Source: the human T2T-CHM13v2.0 reference genome, Homo sapiens
Assembly (NCBI RefSeq): GCF_009914755.1
Contig: NC_060927.1
DNA: 64,000 bases
Direction: 5' to 3' (one strand)
Both the position numbers and the translations under genes were made by a program. The notes under the pieces are model-generated. The model was not told the origin of the DNA, did not search any database, and worked only from the letters and a program-made list of their open reading frames with translations. Within the stretch, counting starts at the first letter, position 1. Each line of letters begins with the position of its first letter. Shown one piece after another: positions 1-13,708 of this stretch.

Positions 1-417
1 GATGAGACTTCCTAGTTTACAGTGTAACATGGGAGGCCAAATTAACATATATATGGAAACAAGGTGGAAGGAAGTGCAGGGCACCTTGGAATACTTCAGA
101 AGGACACCTAAGCTAGGACGGTGGGTATCAAGCCCTAGTCCTAAGGGAAAGGAAGGAAAACTCCTTTATGGTCCTCTAAAGCTTTGTGTCTTAAGAGGAG
201 ACAAACTGAAAGAAGAGAGGTAATCTCTGGTCCCACCCTAGGTCGTTTCTTTTCAGAATCAACATAAAAGTGGTTTATAATCCATTGTTAATTAACAAGA
301 AAACAACAGTTAGTGACAAATAACGGCCATGTATTAAAAAGTGACTTTCTCAGCCATATGCTGGCTCCATATTCAATAAAGGGCCCTGTTTGTCAAGGTG
401 GGAGGAGAAGATGGGCT

Positions 418-737
418 TGTTTTTTTTTTCCCCCAGAGAAGGGGTCTTGCTCTGTCACTGTCACCCAGGCTGGAATGCAGTGGCACCAGCATAGTTCACT
501 ACAGCCTCCAACTCCTAAGCTCAAGTGATCCTCTCACCTCAGCCTCCTGAGTAGCTGGGACTACAGGCATGCACCATCATGCCTGGCTAAGTTAAATTTC
601 TTTCTTTTTTTCTTTTGTAGCGATGGGATCTCATCAAGTTGCCCTGGCCATTCCTGAACTCCTGGGCTCGAGCAATCCTCCCACCTCAGCCTCCCAAAGT
701 GCTGGGATTATAGGGCATGAGCTTCCATGCCTGGCCA
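418..737 (-). mobile_element. AluJ-type SINE
   Basis: Poly-T then diverged antisense Alu; TSD aagatg(g/a)gctt on both sides. Confidence 0.9.
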
Positions 738-1609
738 AGATGAGCTTTCTTTTTCCATACCTACTTTGCCTAAATGAATTCAGAATGTAAAGCTGCTTCT
801 AAAACAAAGCTTTTAGAATTAATAGGCTGTTTAAGCAAACACACTCCTACTTGCAGGAAAATTTTGCCAGGTTCAAAACTGCTGTGTGGAGGTCAAGTTT
901 ATGTTCATCCAATTAACCGTCATTAATTGGGTCCATACTTAATCGAACCGTGACCCATCTGACTCTCAGCTGATGCAGAGTCTCTTTGCTCTACAGCAGT
1001 AAACTCATCTGAGTACTGCATCTAGCTAATATGCAAGCAGGATTGTGCAAAGTCAAGTTTCCAGACTTCTCCATAAACTTGATTCTGATTAGTATTTACT
1101 TTGGAAATCTGTGTTTTTCTATCCAACTGGCTATGAGATTGATGTATAAAGGGTCACAAATCTGTATCAGATCTATAGTTTTCTGGCAGGTCACAGTTAG
1201 TGGTAAAGTTTTTGCTTCTCAAAGCTAACAACTTCAAGTGCCATAAGAGGCACAAATTAATCTTATGTGATGTTTCCTGTTATTACTGAGAGGCAAAAGG
1301 ACATCAGCGTTCTCAAATCATTCATTCTTCAGGTTGCCTGATAAGCCAGTGGGAACTCTGTGTTACTCCGGAGCTCATTTTTCTCTGCACATCACCCTTT
1401 CCAGGTATGAAGGACCAGCAACCCCGTAGGAACCTTTCTCAGGAGGTACCACGTAGCACCTGGGCCTGTCTGAGACACCAAGGTCTTTATGTTAGCCCCA
1501 CAAAGGCAAGCATGATTTTTGGAAACTGACCCGCAGGTTCCCTATAAAGTTGATCATCATTCATTCATTGACAATGCTGGAAAATGATTTATACAAGAAA
1601 AGAATTCAC

Positions 1610-1797
1610 AGATGTGGGAATTATAGTGCAGATCTGACTCCCAGTCCCACTATAATTCCTTTGTATGTCAGTTTCTTCTCTTTGAAATAGGGATGACAGT
1701 ATCACCTATCTCTTCATGCTTGTGTACAGATCTGATGGGAAAGTGCACAGCTGACACTCAGCATTGTGCCGGCACATAGTAAGTGCACAATAAATAA
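1610..1797 (+). mobile_element. MIR SINE
   Basis: MIR core cagtttcttctctttgaaatagggatga ... ggcacatagtaagtgcacaataaat. Confidence 0.7.
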
Positions 1798-4700
1798 TGC
1801 TGTGGCTGTCAGTAATGAATAGTCCTGTGACTATAGATAAGTTTTCCTTATCCTGAAAATGTGCATGCAGACTTTAGGACAATGTGCTACTCATAATTTC
1901 TAGTTTGAAGCTTAACTCCCAATCAGAATTATTTCCTTGTTGCCTCATCAAATTAGAAAAGGTCACCATTTTACAAAAAGTCTCTGGTCGATGTTAGAAG
2001 AGGTGGAGGGAGTAAATGATACTGGCTGGGGTGGCACTCTGTTCCCCTCTTCCTGGCCTCCATTGGAAGACCCTCCTCAAAGCATCCACAGACTGGCTGT
2101 CCCCTTGACTTGACAGTACATGGCTACAAACAAGGCTGGTGCTTAGCCTGTGCTGGAGTCACTGGCATCAAACCCACAGAGCCACAGACTTTCCCATCCT
2201 TACACCCCCAACTCCCACTCCCTGGCCCCAACACCTGGTAACCACCCTTAGCTGGATTCCAGCCACAGCCCAAGAGCTGTGAGGCTCCCTATCCCATTAC
2301 TCCCAGAACATGAGATCTCCTGTGCCAATTAATTTATCCAAGTAGGAGACTGTACTCCTTGACAACCTTAAAGCATCTTCCTTACTTCCCTGTCCTTTCA
2401 CCTTAATAGTGCTTCTGAGTACTCAAAGGTACTCAAGACAGGCTAAAGTTTTCCAAATCATGAAGCAACTGTTAAATTTCAAATTTCTGGTAGGCAGAGG
2501 CCCTGTCTTGACGTTTCACACTGCCCTGCAACCCCCACCACCTGGACACCACAGTTATCATAAAAGCATAAAGAACTGCTATACTTGTCTGACCTGACCT
2601 TACGACCCCAGGTAGGCAGGAGGCTTCCTCCCTATAGAAGTGTTTGAGTGTCCCTAAATGTCTTGGTGCATCTTTTAATGCATGGCCCCAATCACTGATG
2701 CGTCTGCACTCTTTGCAATGCCCTTTAATGACCAGGCAACTTTATGTGGTGGTGTTGTTTTTCTAATGTGATTAAAGGTACAATGAGGTATGTGTGCAAC
2801 AAGAGGCAAAGCCATTGTTCTGCATCATTAAGCTCACAGCAGCCCCCAAAAAGAAACTGTAGGCAGCTTGCCAATGGCCCTAATGAAGAGCATCTCTTTG
2901 AATTATCTCTGGATGAGGAAAGGATAAAGTCTGAGCCCTGGAATATTTGATCCTCTTTGTGCTGCTGTTACGAGGGCTTACTGAAGCCAGACGCACCGGA
3001 CCTTCTGGAACTGTAATTTATGGAAACCTTAATTTCTCTGCCCTAATAAGGCTTTGCATAATAAGAGCGAGAATGCAATTATTAATTCCTGCAAGTGTTT
3101 TGTGAATTCCTTTATGCTACGGTTCAGGACTCCCAAAGAATAGGAGCAGGGGGGATTTTACTTAGTTGGCACAAGGGTAATGGGTCTGAAAAGTAGTTTG
3201 AGTTTCTTGAAAATAAATCTGCATGGCTTCCTAAATTGCTGACCAAGTATATTCCAGATGGAAGTCATTTATCAGCAATTTACTGAGCAATGCTTCAGCC
3301 AGAAGTATTTCCACATAAATTCACCTAGTAAAAAACAAACAACAGAATCCAGGCTCCCTCTTTTGGGGGCAGTCGTGTGTGTGTGTTTGGGGGTGGGGCT
3401 GGGGGGACTGAGCACAAATGATACAGAAGAATAAAAGACAGGTTCACTTAGATTTGCCAGAGATGTAGTAGAGTTACTTTTTGGAGGGTGCCAGTGTAAT
3501 TAATACATCCACAACTGTGACTGCTGAATGATATTTTATGTGCATTGATGGTAAAAAGCAAAACATTTTTAAAAGGCAAATTTTAAAAACTACCTTTTGA
3601 CTTACTATGTTGAGCTATTTCAAATATAGCGTCAAAAGTCTGTAACAGAACCACCTTGCCCAAATGGCAGCGTCTGCTGTTCCACTTGTTTCCTGCCTGC
3701 GTGCTGGACTCACTGAGAACTCCCCAGCTCACTGAGTGGGATAACTTGGCAAACTGAGGACTACACCTCACCACATGATCACACAAGGGATGGGGGCCAG
3801 ATCGCCAGTGGTGAAAGCGCTTTTGCCCGAGATCTCCAACATGTCTCCCAAATGCTTTGAAAAGGACTTAAGTCCAGTGAAGTCCTGAGTGTGAAGTCAC
3901 AGGTCGGAAATGTATTTATTCACAAGACTTATTTAAGATGCTTGTTTTTTGTAAGATATGTACCCCTTGCCTAAGGAGAGTAGCAAGCCTCAAAAGGTTT
4001 GTTTTGACCCTCTCTCTGTCTCAGTGGGGAAGGCAGACAGACAGAGAGATACTTTTTGTTCACCCAGGGTCATTTTATCTTTAGGTTTTGTCCAGAGAGG
4101 CAGCCAACCCACCTTTTGCCGCGTCTCCCTGTGTCTCTTTAAGCATATCACCCCCTGGTGGCCTAAGCAAAAAATGACACTCAAATCAAATTCTTTTTTA
4201 AAAACTCTGGCTCTTTAAAAAATATATTAATATGCCATTGATTGTTATAAATCAAGAAACACACACCCTTTGTTTCTCACTTGCTGTAACAACCTTCTTT
4301 TAAAGTGCTTATCTAAAAAGAAAACCTTAGCTGGATTATTTTTTTTTTATTACTGCCAAGACACATTTGAAGAATGATTTTAGGAGAAAATCCTTACCTG
4401 CCAAGGTAGGTTACCAACAGCAGTATTAAACCTCCTAGTTAAGAGTAGGACTTGAATATTTAAAAATAAAACATTTGACAAAGATGTAAGATAAATTATC
4501 TGGGTTGTATCGTAAATATCCCATTTCATCTCAACTGAAATTTTCATGTTGCTCACAATGACTCAGAAGATACAAGTCATCTGATGTGAATGACAGCACC
4601 CAAGATCAAGTCACTTGCTTTTGAAGTTCTTAAAAATTTCACAGACAGAGGTACAGAAATGGCAAGTGAGAAGTACCAATTTGAACCATATGTCCCACTA

Positions 4701-5163
4701 CAAGAATTGCTAAAAGAACCAAGTCAGCAGAGGGCTTGGGCTGTACTGAAAGGAGCGCCTTATAACTATTTGTAAACACAGACAAAACCTTGCTAGCATT
4801 AATCATCATCCATGTCTTCTCTAACTTGTTCAAAGGGTGCATGACCACTCTTTGACCCTTTGAGTTCGACACTCTGGAGAGAGGTCAGTTGTGAAGGAGC
4901 CTTGTGACAAGACTGCTTGAAACACATTTTATGACCATCAACATCTATTTATATTTTCAAATGCAGGCACCAAAGTGCCACTGGATGGAAAATTTTATAA
5001 CAGACTTAAGAGAAAATACACAAAAAAGTCAGAAAGGCTGCGTCTTTCAGAACACAAAATATGCACAAAAACACACATAAAAATCCCCACTACCTTTCCT
5101 AGAAGTTACACTTGGCCAGGTGGGTGCCTATGCACTTCTATGGAATAAAATGCAGGGTGTTAC

Positions 5164-5232
5164 CTGACAAACTTCATAGAGTAATTTGTACTGCTCCTCT
5201 TGCTTCTGCAGGCTGCACAGACTGCATCCCAT
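5164..5232 (-). CDS. PDZRN3: Coding part of an alternative first exon, MGCSLCSLQKQEEQYKLLYEVCQ (RING-less isoform)
   Basis: Strong Kozak aaacATGG; 23 codons ending at a phase-0 donor CAG|GTAACA. Peptide resembles the recalled N-termini of PDZD4 (MGCNMCVVQKPEEQYKV) and short PDZRN4 (MGCNLCTFQKREEHYKLLYEVSQ), both of which continue into VNG. Confidence 0.88.
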
Positions 5233-5700
5233 GTTTAGAAAAACGTCAAAGGAAGGCTTCCGTTCTCGCCAGCACCCGGGAAAAGCAGCTCCCTTACAGT
5301 GCAGGCATTGAAGGTATCCTTGGAGAGCCTCAGGTGAGTCAAGCGACTGCAACGCTTCACATTGGCGCTGCTCTCAGAGGCTAGACAACAACTCTCTCCC
5401 CCCTTCCACGCTTCCCTTCCTCCCCTCGCAGCATGCATGCATGCACGCGCGTGCACACACACACACATACACACAGACATACACGCACACCACTCCCTCC
5501 TCTGAGTGACTCTGGCAGCTGGATTGTGGTCCAATGCACACGCTATATATACTGCTGCTCATGCATATTAATCAGCTCTCATTGACTATTCATAACAGAC
5601 AATGATACAGAAGCTATAATTGCCAACTATGACAGTTGAAATTTCTCTAATTAACAAGCAAGTGCTCCAGTGGTAGGGAATAATAAAAGACACTAACAAT
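5233..5700 (-). promoter_or_regulatory. Internal promoter and 5'UTR for the MGCSL exon
   Basis: Locally raised CpG; TATATATA at 5544-5551; E-box CAGCTG at 5516-5521; AP-1 TGAGTCA at 5335-5341; CCAAT (attgg at 5361-5365); no interspersed repeats seen. Confidence 0.6.
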
Positions 5701-7099
5701 TTTGCAAGCTATTTTCTGGCAGTTACAAATAAACATGACTGCATTTTTAGCAAGGTCTCTTAGGATAATCCCTAATGTGTTTCGGCTAGGTAGAAATTCA
5801 TTTTTAAATATATCATAAAATTTCTGATGATATAAAATGTATTTAATGCTGCAGATAATGATGGCATATAAACGGACTTTATGGAAAGGACATGTTTTGA
5901 ATAATGTTCATATAATATTTAGTGCTTTACAAAGTTGCAGGGAAAATACTCCACATATGAATAAAATATAAAAATTTAAATTGCAGGATATATCCATGAG
6001 TATGCAAAGTAGCTAGGGGTTATAAGGAGAGAGGCTGCCCTACAGGTGAGAAAGCAGATAATCATTCCCCAAATGCATTTTCAATTCCAAAAGCAGAAAG
6101 TTATTTGTTGAAGGGCTGCCCAACTAACTGGAAGGAAGAGAAGCAGTCAGCTTCATGCCATCCCCTCAGCCATATAGATGCTGCAGATATTTCAGAGATG
6201 ATATGGCTGGGCTGACTGTCACTGGTTACTACGGATCTGTATCTGATGTTCCATACCTGCCTAGACCTCTGAAGCTGTGCCCCAAGTTGTGTGTGAAGAA
6301 AGCAGAGAGCTGCCAGATTCTACTTGGGAGGTGACAACAGACAACATTTAAGAATTTTGGTTCTTGCTGCCTTGCTTCTCTCCTCCTTCAGCCTCTGTCC
6401 TGCTGAGTAAGCCTGACACCTTTTCTAAAAACTTTGTTTTTAAATAAATGATTGCCCCATTGCCTGAACGAAATGCACAGGTACCTTTTTCTCAACGAAA
6501 ATGGTCGATGTTTAAAATTCTCACAATTGCTTCCAGAGCCTTCACCATTTTACAAAGGTTTCATTTTACAAAGGTTTAACTGTCTCCGGGGAGGACTCCC
6601 ACGTCCCTTGCTGAGACGTGCCATGGGGCCTGAAGAATAATGCTCCCTTTCTCAGGGAGCCGAGACACACCTGAGACGTGAATAAACCAGTCCCAATAAA
6701 ATCCCACTTGGGCTGATGGCCAGCAGATGCCTCTGGACCCATTTCTCAGACACCGAAGACGAGGCACAGTGACTTGGCTTACACCAGCTAACAGCCCTGA
6801 CTTGCTGGAGGGTGAGGAGCCTTCCTTCCAGGCCCTCACCTGGTGTCACTGCCTGGACTGGAGCAGTAAACTGGAACGTGCCACCAGGGAAAGGAAGCCA
6901 CAGATGGGGCGGGGCAGCTGCAGTAATTGCTGACTTGTTTTGATGCTGCGCAGGGCCCTATTAACCCATGAGTACGTTATTGGCCCTCTGGTCTCTTAAT
7001 CTCTAAATAATAGGTATGATGCTAATTACCTTGCAGAGTTTTGTTGCAATGATTTGAGAAAACAAAAGCAGCTCTAATAAAAAACAGAGGTCATATTTC

Positions 7100-7885
7100 T
7101 TCACTCTCCTTGCCTCATCCCCACCCTTGGTCCATCAGTGAGTCTGGTCTGTTCGACCCCAAATTAGATCTCAAACCTGTCCATTCTGCCTATTGCCCTT
7201 GCACACCATGGATTCTCACTTGATGATGCCCAGAGCCTCCTGGGTGCTCTCTGCCTCCTCTCCTGCCTACTCACCAGTTGCTTCTCTACCCTAGTTCATT
7301 CCCTACACAGTTGCCAGGCTGGTCTTTACAAAGCAGAAAGGGATGACTCCACCGTTTGCTGAAAAGCCCTCAGATCACTTCCCATCACTCTTGGATTGAA
7401 ACCCAAATTCTTCACCAGCGCCTATAGTGCTCTGTAAAATCTCACCTTTGTCCATCAATGTCTCATACCCATCATTGCTCACCCACTCTGGTGGTCACCA
7501 CACTGCCAGCAAGCCATGCCCTTCTGCAGGGCCTCTGCAGGTCTCTCTGCTGGAACCGCTCTTCCCTTTCTCCTTCCTTCCAACCCCCATCCCCATCTCC
7601 GCTCAAATGAAGCCTCCTTAGAAAAGCCTTTGCCAGGTATCTTGTATGAATTTACTTTCAGATCTTCCAAAGTACTGTGTCGTATCACCCCGTTCATTTC
7701 CTTTGCATCGCTTTCCAAAATCAGTAATGATTCTGTTCACTTAACGCTTATGTGTTTGCTGACTGTTTCCTTGTGCAAGCCTTTTGGCTTCCTGAGGACA
7801 GGGACTGGGTCTGAATTTCTACCAGCCCAGGCCCCGTGAAGGTGCTCAGGAAAACATACTCACTGCATGAAGAGATGAAGGATGA
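7100..7885 (+). mobile_element. L2 LINE 3' fragment
   Basis: Pyrimidine-rich L2-like body ending gtgctcaggaaaacatactcactgcatgaa. Confidence 0.6.
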
Positions 7886-8228
7886 CCTGTGCGGTCTCAC
7901 AGACCCACCAGTCACAGCACAATTGGCAAGTACCAGCAGGGAGAGGAAAACAAAGTGTGCTTGGGTGTCCCCACAAAAAAAGGCTTGCAATCACGGTTGG
8001 CTCTCCTCCCCCAAAGTTGAGGGCCTTTAAGTTATGTTTTTCATAAGATTCTGTGGTTTCAAAGTAGTCCTTCACCTTTTTCCTGCACATCCACAAATCA
8101 AAGTCGAAATGGGCCTAAGCTACATGATTAGGGAAATTTTACACATCCTTTTTACTCTTTGTTAGAAAGTTTCCCAATCTCAATAACAAGCTGGGACAGT
8201 TTTACTGCATATGGCACTGTATTTCCGA

Positions 8229-9044
8229 GCAGTGGTTCTCTAACATTTTGGCCTTAGGAACTCTTTCACTCTTAAAAATTACTGAGAACCGGCCGGGTGC
8301 AGTGGCTCATGCCTGTAATCCCAGCACTTTGGGAGGCTGAGGTGGGCGGATCATGAGGTCAGGAGATGGAGACCATCCTGGCCAACATGGTGAAACCCTG
8401 TCTCTACTAAAATACAAAAAATTAGCCAGGTGTGGTGGCACACACCTGTAGTCCCAGGTACTTGGGAGGCTGAGGCAGGGTAATTGCTTGAACCCGGGAG
8501 GTGGAGGTTGCAGTTAGCCAAGATGGTGCCCACTGCACTCCAGCCTGGCGACAGAGAAAGACTCTGTCTCAAAAAAAAAAAAAAAAAAAATTACTGAGAA
8601 CCTCAAGGACTGTTGTTTATATGGGTTATATTAAGCAATATTTATCATATTAGAAATAATCAGAAATTTTAAATTTATTCATTAATTCATTTTAAAATAG
8701 CAATAACAAACCCATTACATAATAATATAAATAACATTTTTATGAAATGACTATATTTTCCAAAACAGAAGTTTTTGAGAAGGAAAGCATAGTTTTACAT
8801 CTTCCAAAAGCTCTTTAAGGGCTAGTGTAATTGAAGATAGCTAGATTTTCACATTTTCTTCTGAATTCAAATGCTTGTGATATGTCATGTAACCGCTAGA
8901 AAACTCCACTGTACTACATGCTCATAAAAGAATGACAGTATAACATCTTGCTATTTTTACAAAAATGTTTTTGACCTCACAGATCCCCAGAAACAAGTGT
9001 GCTGGACCCCCAGGGGTGCCCGGGCCTCACTTTGAGAACAGCTG
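8229..9044. mobile_element. hAT-Charlie (Charlie1-like) DNA transposon fossil interrupted by an Alu
   Basis: Terminal inverted ends cagtggttctc ... gagaacagctg; Charlie1-like internal sequence. Confidence 0.75.
8291..8590 (+). mobile_element. AluS (AluSc-like)
   Basis: Full dimer with poly-A; TSD aaaaattactgagaacc. Confidence 0.95.
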
Positions 9045-11227
9045 CCTTACAAGGGTACTTTGGTGAGTCTGGTGTCTAAGAGCCTCACACTGCAGGAGGC
9101 GGAGAGGAATGGAAAGGATACTAATACAAATTCGACTCATGGTTGAGTTTCCATTCTTGTGATTAATATGTGTTATTTGGAATAAAAAATGGAAAACACT
9201 CATGCACCCATTATGCCTAAAACAAGACATACCAAAGTGATTTTTTTTTTCTAATTTAAAGTACCCTTTACTTTGGAAAATCATCTAGCACATTTAGAAT
9301 GGTGTTTTATTTTCAAAATGTTGCTTTCCTATAGTAAGGAACACACAATTGTGTAAAAAAGGAGGTTCACCTGCTTGATGATACACACCCTACCATTTAG
9401 TAAAGCTCATCCCAGAGGCAGTGTAAGGGCAAAGAAAGTCTGTTAGTGATTGCAAGTTGTTTATAATAGAACTGTTTTTGAGAGAACAGCTGTCCCAGTA
9501 AAAATGAAAAAACTACTGGCCACACAAAGGCACACATTGTTTGATGAAGATGCTTAACGTCTTTTTCAAGTTAGTAATCACATCACTGGAAAGTGCCTAA
9601 TAAGCTCACCAGAGCACAAGGCACTCTTCTCGGGTGCTCTGCACCATCAGACGCCTGCCTCTTCCTGCCTTCATGGAAATTAAAAATAAAGTGCAAAGAG
9701 GGGTCACCAAGGAACACACAATGAGACAAACAGATAGACAAGGCATATACACAAAGGGCTTAAAGTGCCCAGGGAATATCCCTCATAATCGTTCTTTGAA
9801 CTTCCATAAGTCATCAGGGTGCTACAGACAGTCAGCAGATGTAGACATGAACTTATATTTATTTAATTGCTGAATAAGCTATCTAATTCAAGCATATTAT
9901 TTTCAGCATACTGATTGGATTGTCTATTTGCCTGATACCTAAAATACAACCTTGTTTTCTCTATTGTAATGATGAGCACAGGTCTCACCATGCTATGAAC
10001 TTCCAGTCCAGCCATATAGACTTCTGGAAGAGTCATGTCAAAAAGAAGTGAGATGGCAGGACTGAGGAGGAAACAGGTCTGTGTGGAGCAATGGCATCCC
10101 TTTGTTAGGCACCGGCCAGTCACGGGATAGATTCTTCCTCTCTCAAATCTCTCAGACCTGCCCGCTGGCTCTTCTTTCCTGGGGATCTTTCCATCTTTCT
10201 TCTGGATCACACAGATTCACTAACTTGTCTTCTTCCCGGGTGGAACCCCACTCTCCCTTCAGTTACTACTGTTCGCCGGGCTAGAATAGTCCTTAACAAT
10301 ACACACACAGCCAATAAACCCATCAAGCTCAAGACACAGCCCAATTTCTCATGTGCATGGACCCAACTTCTCTTAGTCTGCCCAGCCTCATCTGCGTCCT
10401 CTGGACATGCGTGCTGTTTTCTGGCAGTGCTGAATGAACTGGGTCAGGTTCCTTCACACCTCCACGTCTACACATAGGCCATGACCTCTGCCTGGAATGC
10501 TCAATTCCATCTCCTTCAGGGTGCCCCTTAAGTCTCACCTCCTCTGTCCCACCCTCCTCAGTGCCCTGCACACTTTCCCAGGTGCCTCCTTATGGCACGA
10601 TTCACACGGATGGTCACTTTCTGTTTGCATCCCTCTGTTCTTCCCTGGAGAGCACTCTTCCAGTGCAAGAACCAGGCCTCAGTCAGCGGTATATGCCCAC
10701 CAACTTCCTCCTCTGATGTTCCATAAATATCTGATGAATAAATTCAGCATCAGATACATACTGAGGGCCTGCTCAGCACCAGTCACTTTTCTGGGCTTTG
10801 GGAGTACAGTAGTGAGCAGATGGACTATAGTGTCTGACATGAACAAAGAAGTTGGCTCTCACAAGAAGGTCAAGGCTGTAGACCTAAAAGAATCACTTTT
10901 TGTGCCTTTGGTAGGACAGTTGCTCCCACAAGCCCTGTATACTATGCATGGCTAGAGAGCCCAAATCACAATCTGTTGAAGAAATGGTTTAGTCACTCGT
11001 GAACCCTCATCCTTGTCAAAGTGACTTTTCAACAGCTTGTCTGAACCCTATTTAGTGAGTGGCCACTGGTTCTTGAACAAGGAGTAAGACGTGGATGAAA
11101 ACTGTGTCTTCATAGCAAGAAAAAAAGCAACTTCAAAGATGTCAGAATGCACACACAAAAAATGTCAAAGTAAAAAATATGTAACAGCAGCTGTGAGTGC
11201 AGTTTTTGTTTCTGAAAAGCTATGTAA

Positions 11228-11611
<384 letters not shown>

Positions 11612-11709
11612 TGAGGTGCCGCTGTCTTGAGGACATTTTCTTTGGGCTGCAGAGATCTTGAGGAACATCCTGGCTGCCTGAGACTGATGGCTCACTGTTT
11701 CACTTGAAG

Positions 11710-11746
11710 TACTAGTTTGGTGCAAAAGTAATTGCGGTTTTTACAA
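11710..11746. mobile_element. MADE1 half element
   Basis: ttggtgcaaaagtaattgcggttttt, the MADE1/Hsmar1 TIR. Confidence 0.7.
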
Positions 11747-12531
11747 TAACATGGAGAGGAGGCACATGCTGAGCCCTGCTGGGAAGGGGAGCAAGGCAGC
11801 TGGTGAGGGCAGCCTACTATGTGCCTGTCATGGCTAGCTCCAAATCCCACGCAGGCCAGTGAGCATCAGTCTCTGAAAGTCATGCAACAGACCCGGAAAC
11901 AGGCTGCTGCAACTGCCACAGGAACTGAGAATGGGGAGGCCAGAATACAGGCATCCCTGCCCTAGGCCACCAGCAGGAAGGAGATTTGATGCGCCTTGAT
12001 GTCACAACATGCAGCCCAAGCTGAGGGGCCTGAGGCCTCACGGACGCCCCGTGAGACACCTTGACTCCTTGGAGGTCCCAGAACACACTGTGTTTCCCGA
12101 CACTGGCGACAAATGGGTACCCCCATTTCCCCAACTAGATTGGAAATTCCCGAGGGCGGTTCCCGAGCAAGTCATCTTTGTAACCCCTGAAATGCCTATG
12201 ACAACACCCAGCCTCCAAAAGGCCCTTGCTAACTCTTTGGAATGAACAACTGTGAGTTCGCACAGTGAGTGTCTCGGGGATGGGACAGGGAAGTGTAGAG
12301 AGTGAACTCAGCCCAGTCCCTCAGAACAACTTGCACAGAGTGTGGGAAATTCACAGCCTCTTAGGAACTTGGTTTCCCCTACTAACAGTCGGGCAGTCCT
12401 CCGACCAGGGGGACGGTTCCTGAAAAGAGAGAAAGCCTTGAAAGGTATTGAAGCACAGTCTGTGGGTGTGCACTAAACCAAAGGAACAGTCACAAACCAG
12501 GGGCGGAAAGCCCTTCCAGCATTTTCTGGTG

Positions 12532-13220
<689 letters not shown>

Positions 13221-13457
13221 AGCAAGTAAGACCTTACATCTTCATTAGGAATGCTGAGGCGGGCAAACAGGCTTTCAAAACTGGCTTCCTGGGAAATGGC
13301 AGGGGCTGGTAAAGAAAACAATCCAGGAAACACAATGTACTCGTGAGGATGCCGATCAACATACAGAGTCTGTAAATGACTGGCCTGCTGAACAGGACAA
13401 GGCATGGCTTGCTGAGACTATCTCCTTCTAGATACAAGGTTTCCTTTTAATACTTAC

Positions 13458-13708
13458 AGCTACCAAATGGCCTGATCACAAAGTCCCTGCTGAGTCTGGG
13501 GGATAGGAAGGGTCTCAATCATGGTCCATGGGTAATCTCTTTGCCCATGTGAATGTGCCCAATGTATCAAAGGCTCCATTCTAAATGGCATGGTGGGGCA
13601 GTGGTGGGCATTGTGGCTCTGTGATCTGGGCCAGGCTCCCAGCCACCCTGGGGGTTCCCTGCTGGGCTCCTGGAGGACCTGCCTCAACCCTTGGATATGG
13701 GGTTCCAC
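13458..13708 (-). other. Candidate cryptic/poison cassette exon (251 nt)
   Basis: Acceptor tctcttttcctgctgtcag|GTG; donor GCT|GTAAGT; phase-0 frame VEPHIQ...DQAIW* stops 2 nt before the donor. Confidence 0.3.

Noticed and set aside
4392-4402. Other minus-strand CAG|GTRAG junctions (about 4397, 6840, 38015)
   Set aside because: They lack the branch point and clean pyrimidine tract seen at 43484.
5332-5340. Plus-strand donor CAG|GTGAGT suggesting an antisense exon
   Set aside because: Coincides with the AP-1 site; no supporting acceptor or ORF.
10497-10955. 152-aa ORF; likewise 16200-16661, 57459-57887 and 59820-60188
   Set aside because: No recognisable domain or splice architecture; several overlap L2 relics; such lengths are expected by chance.
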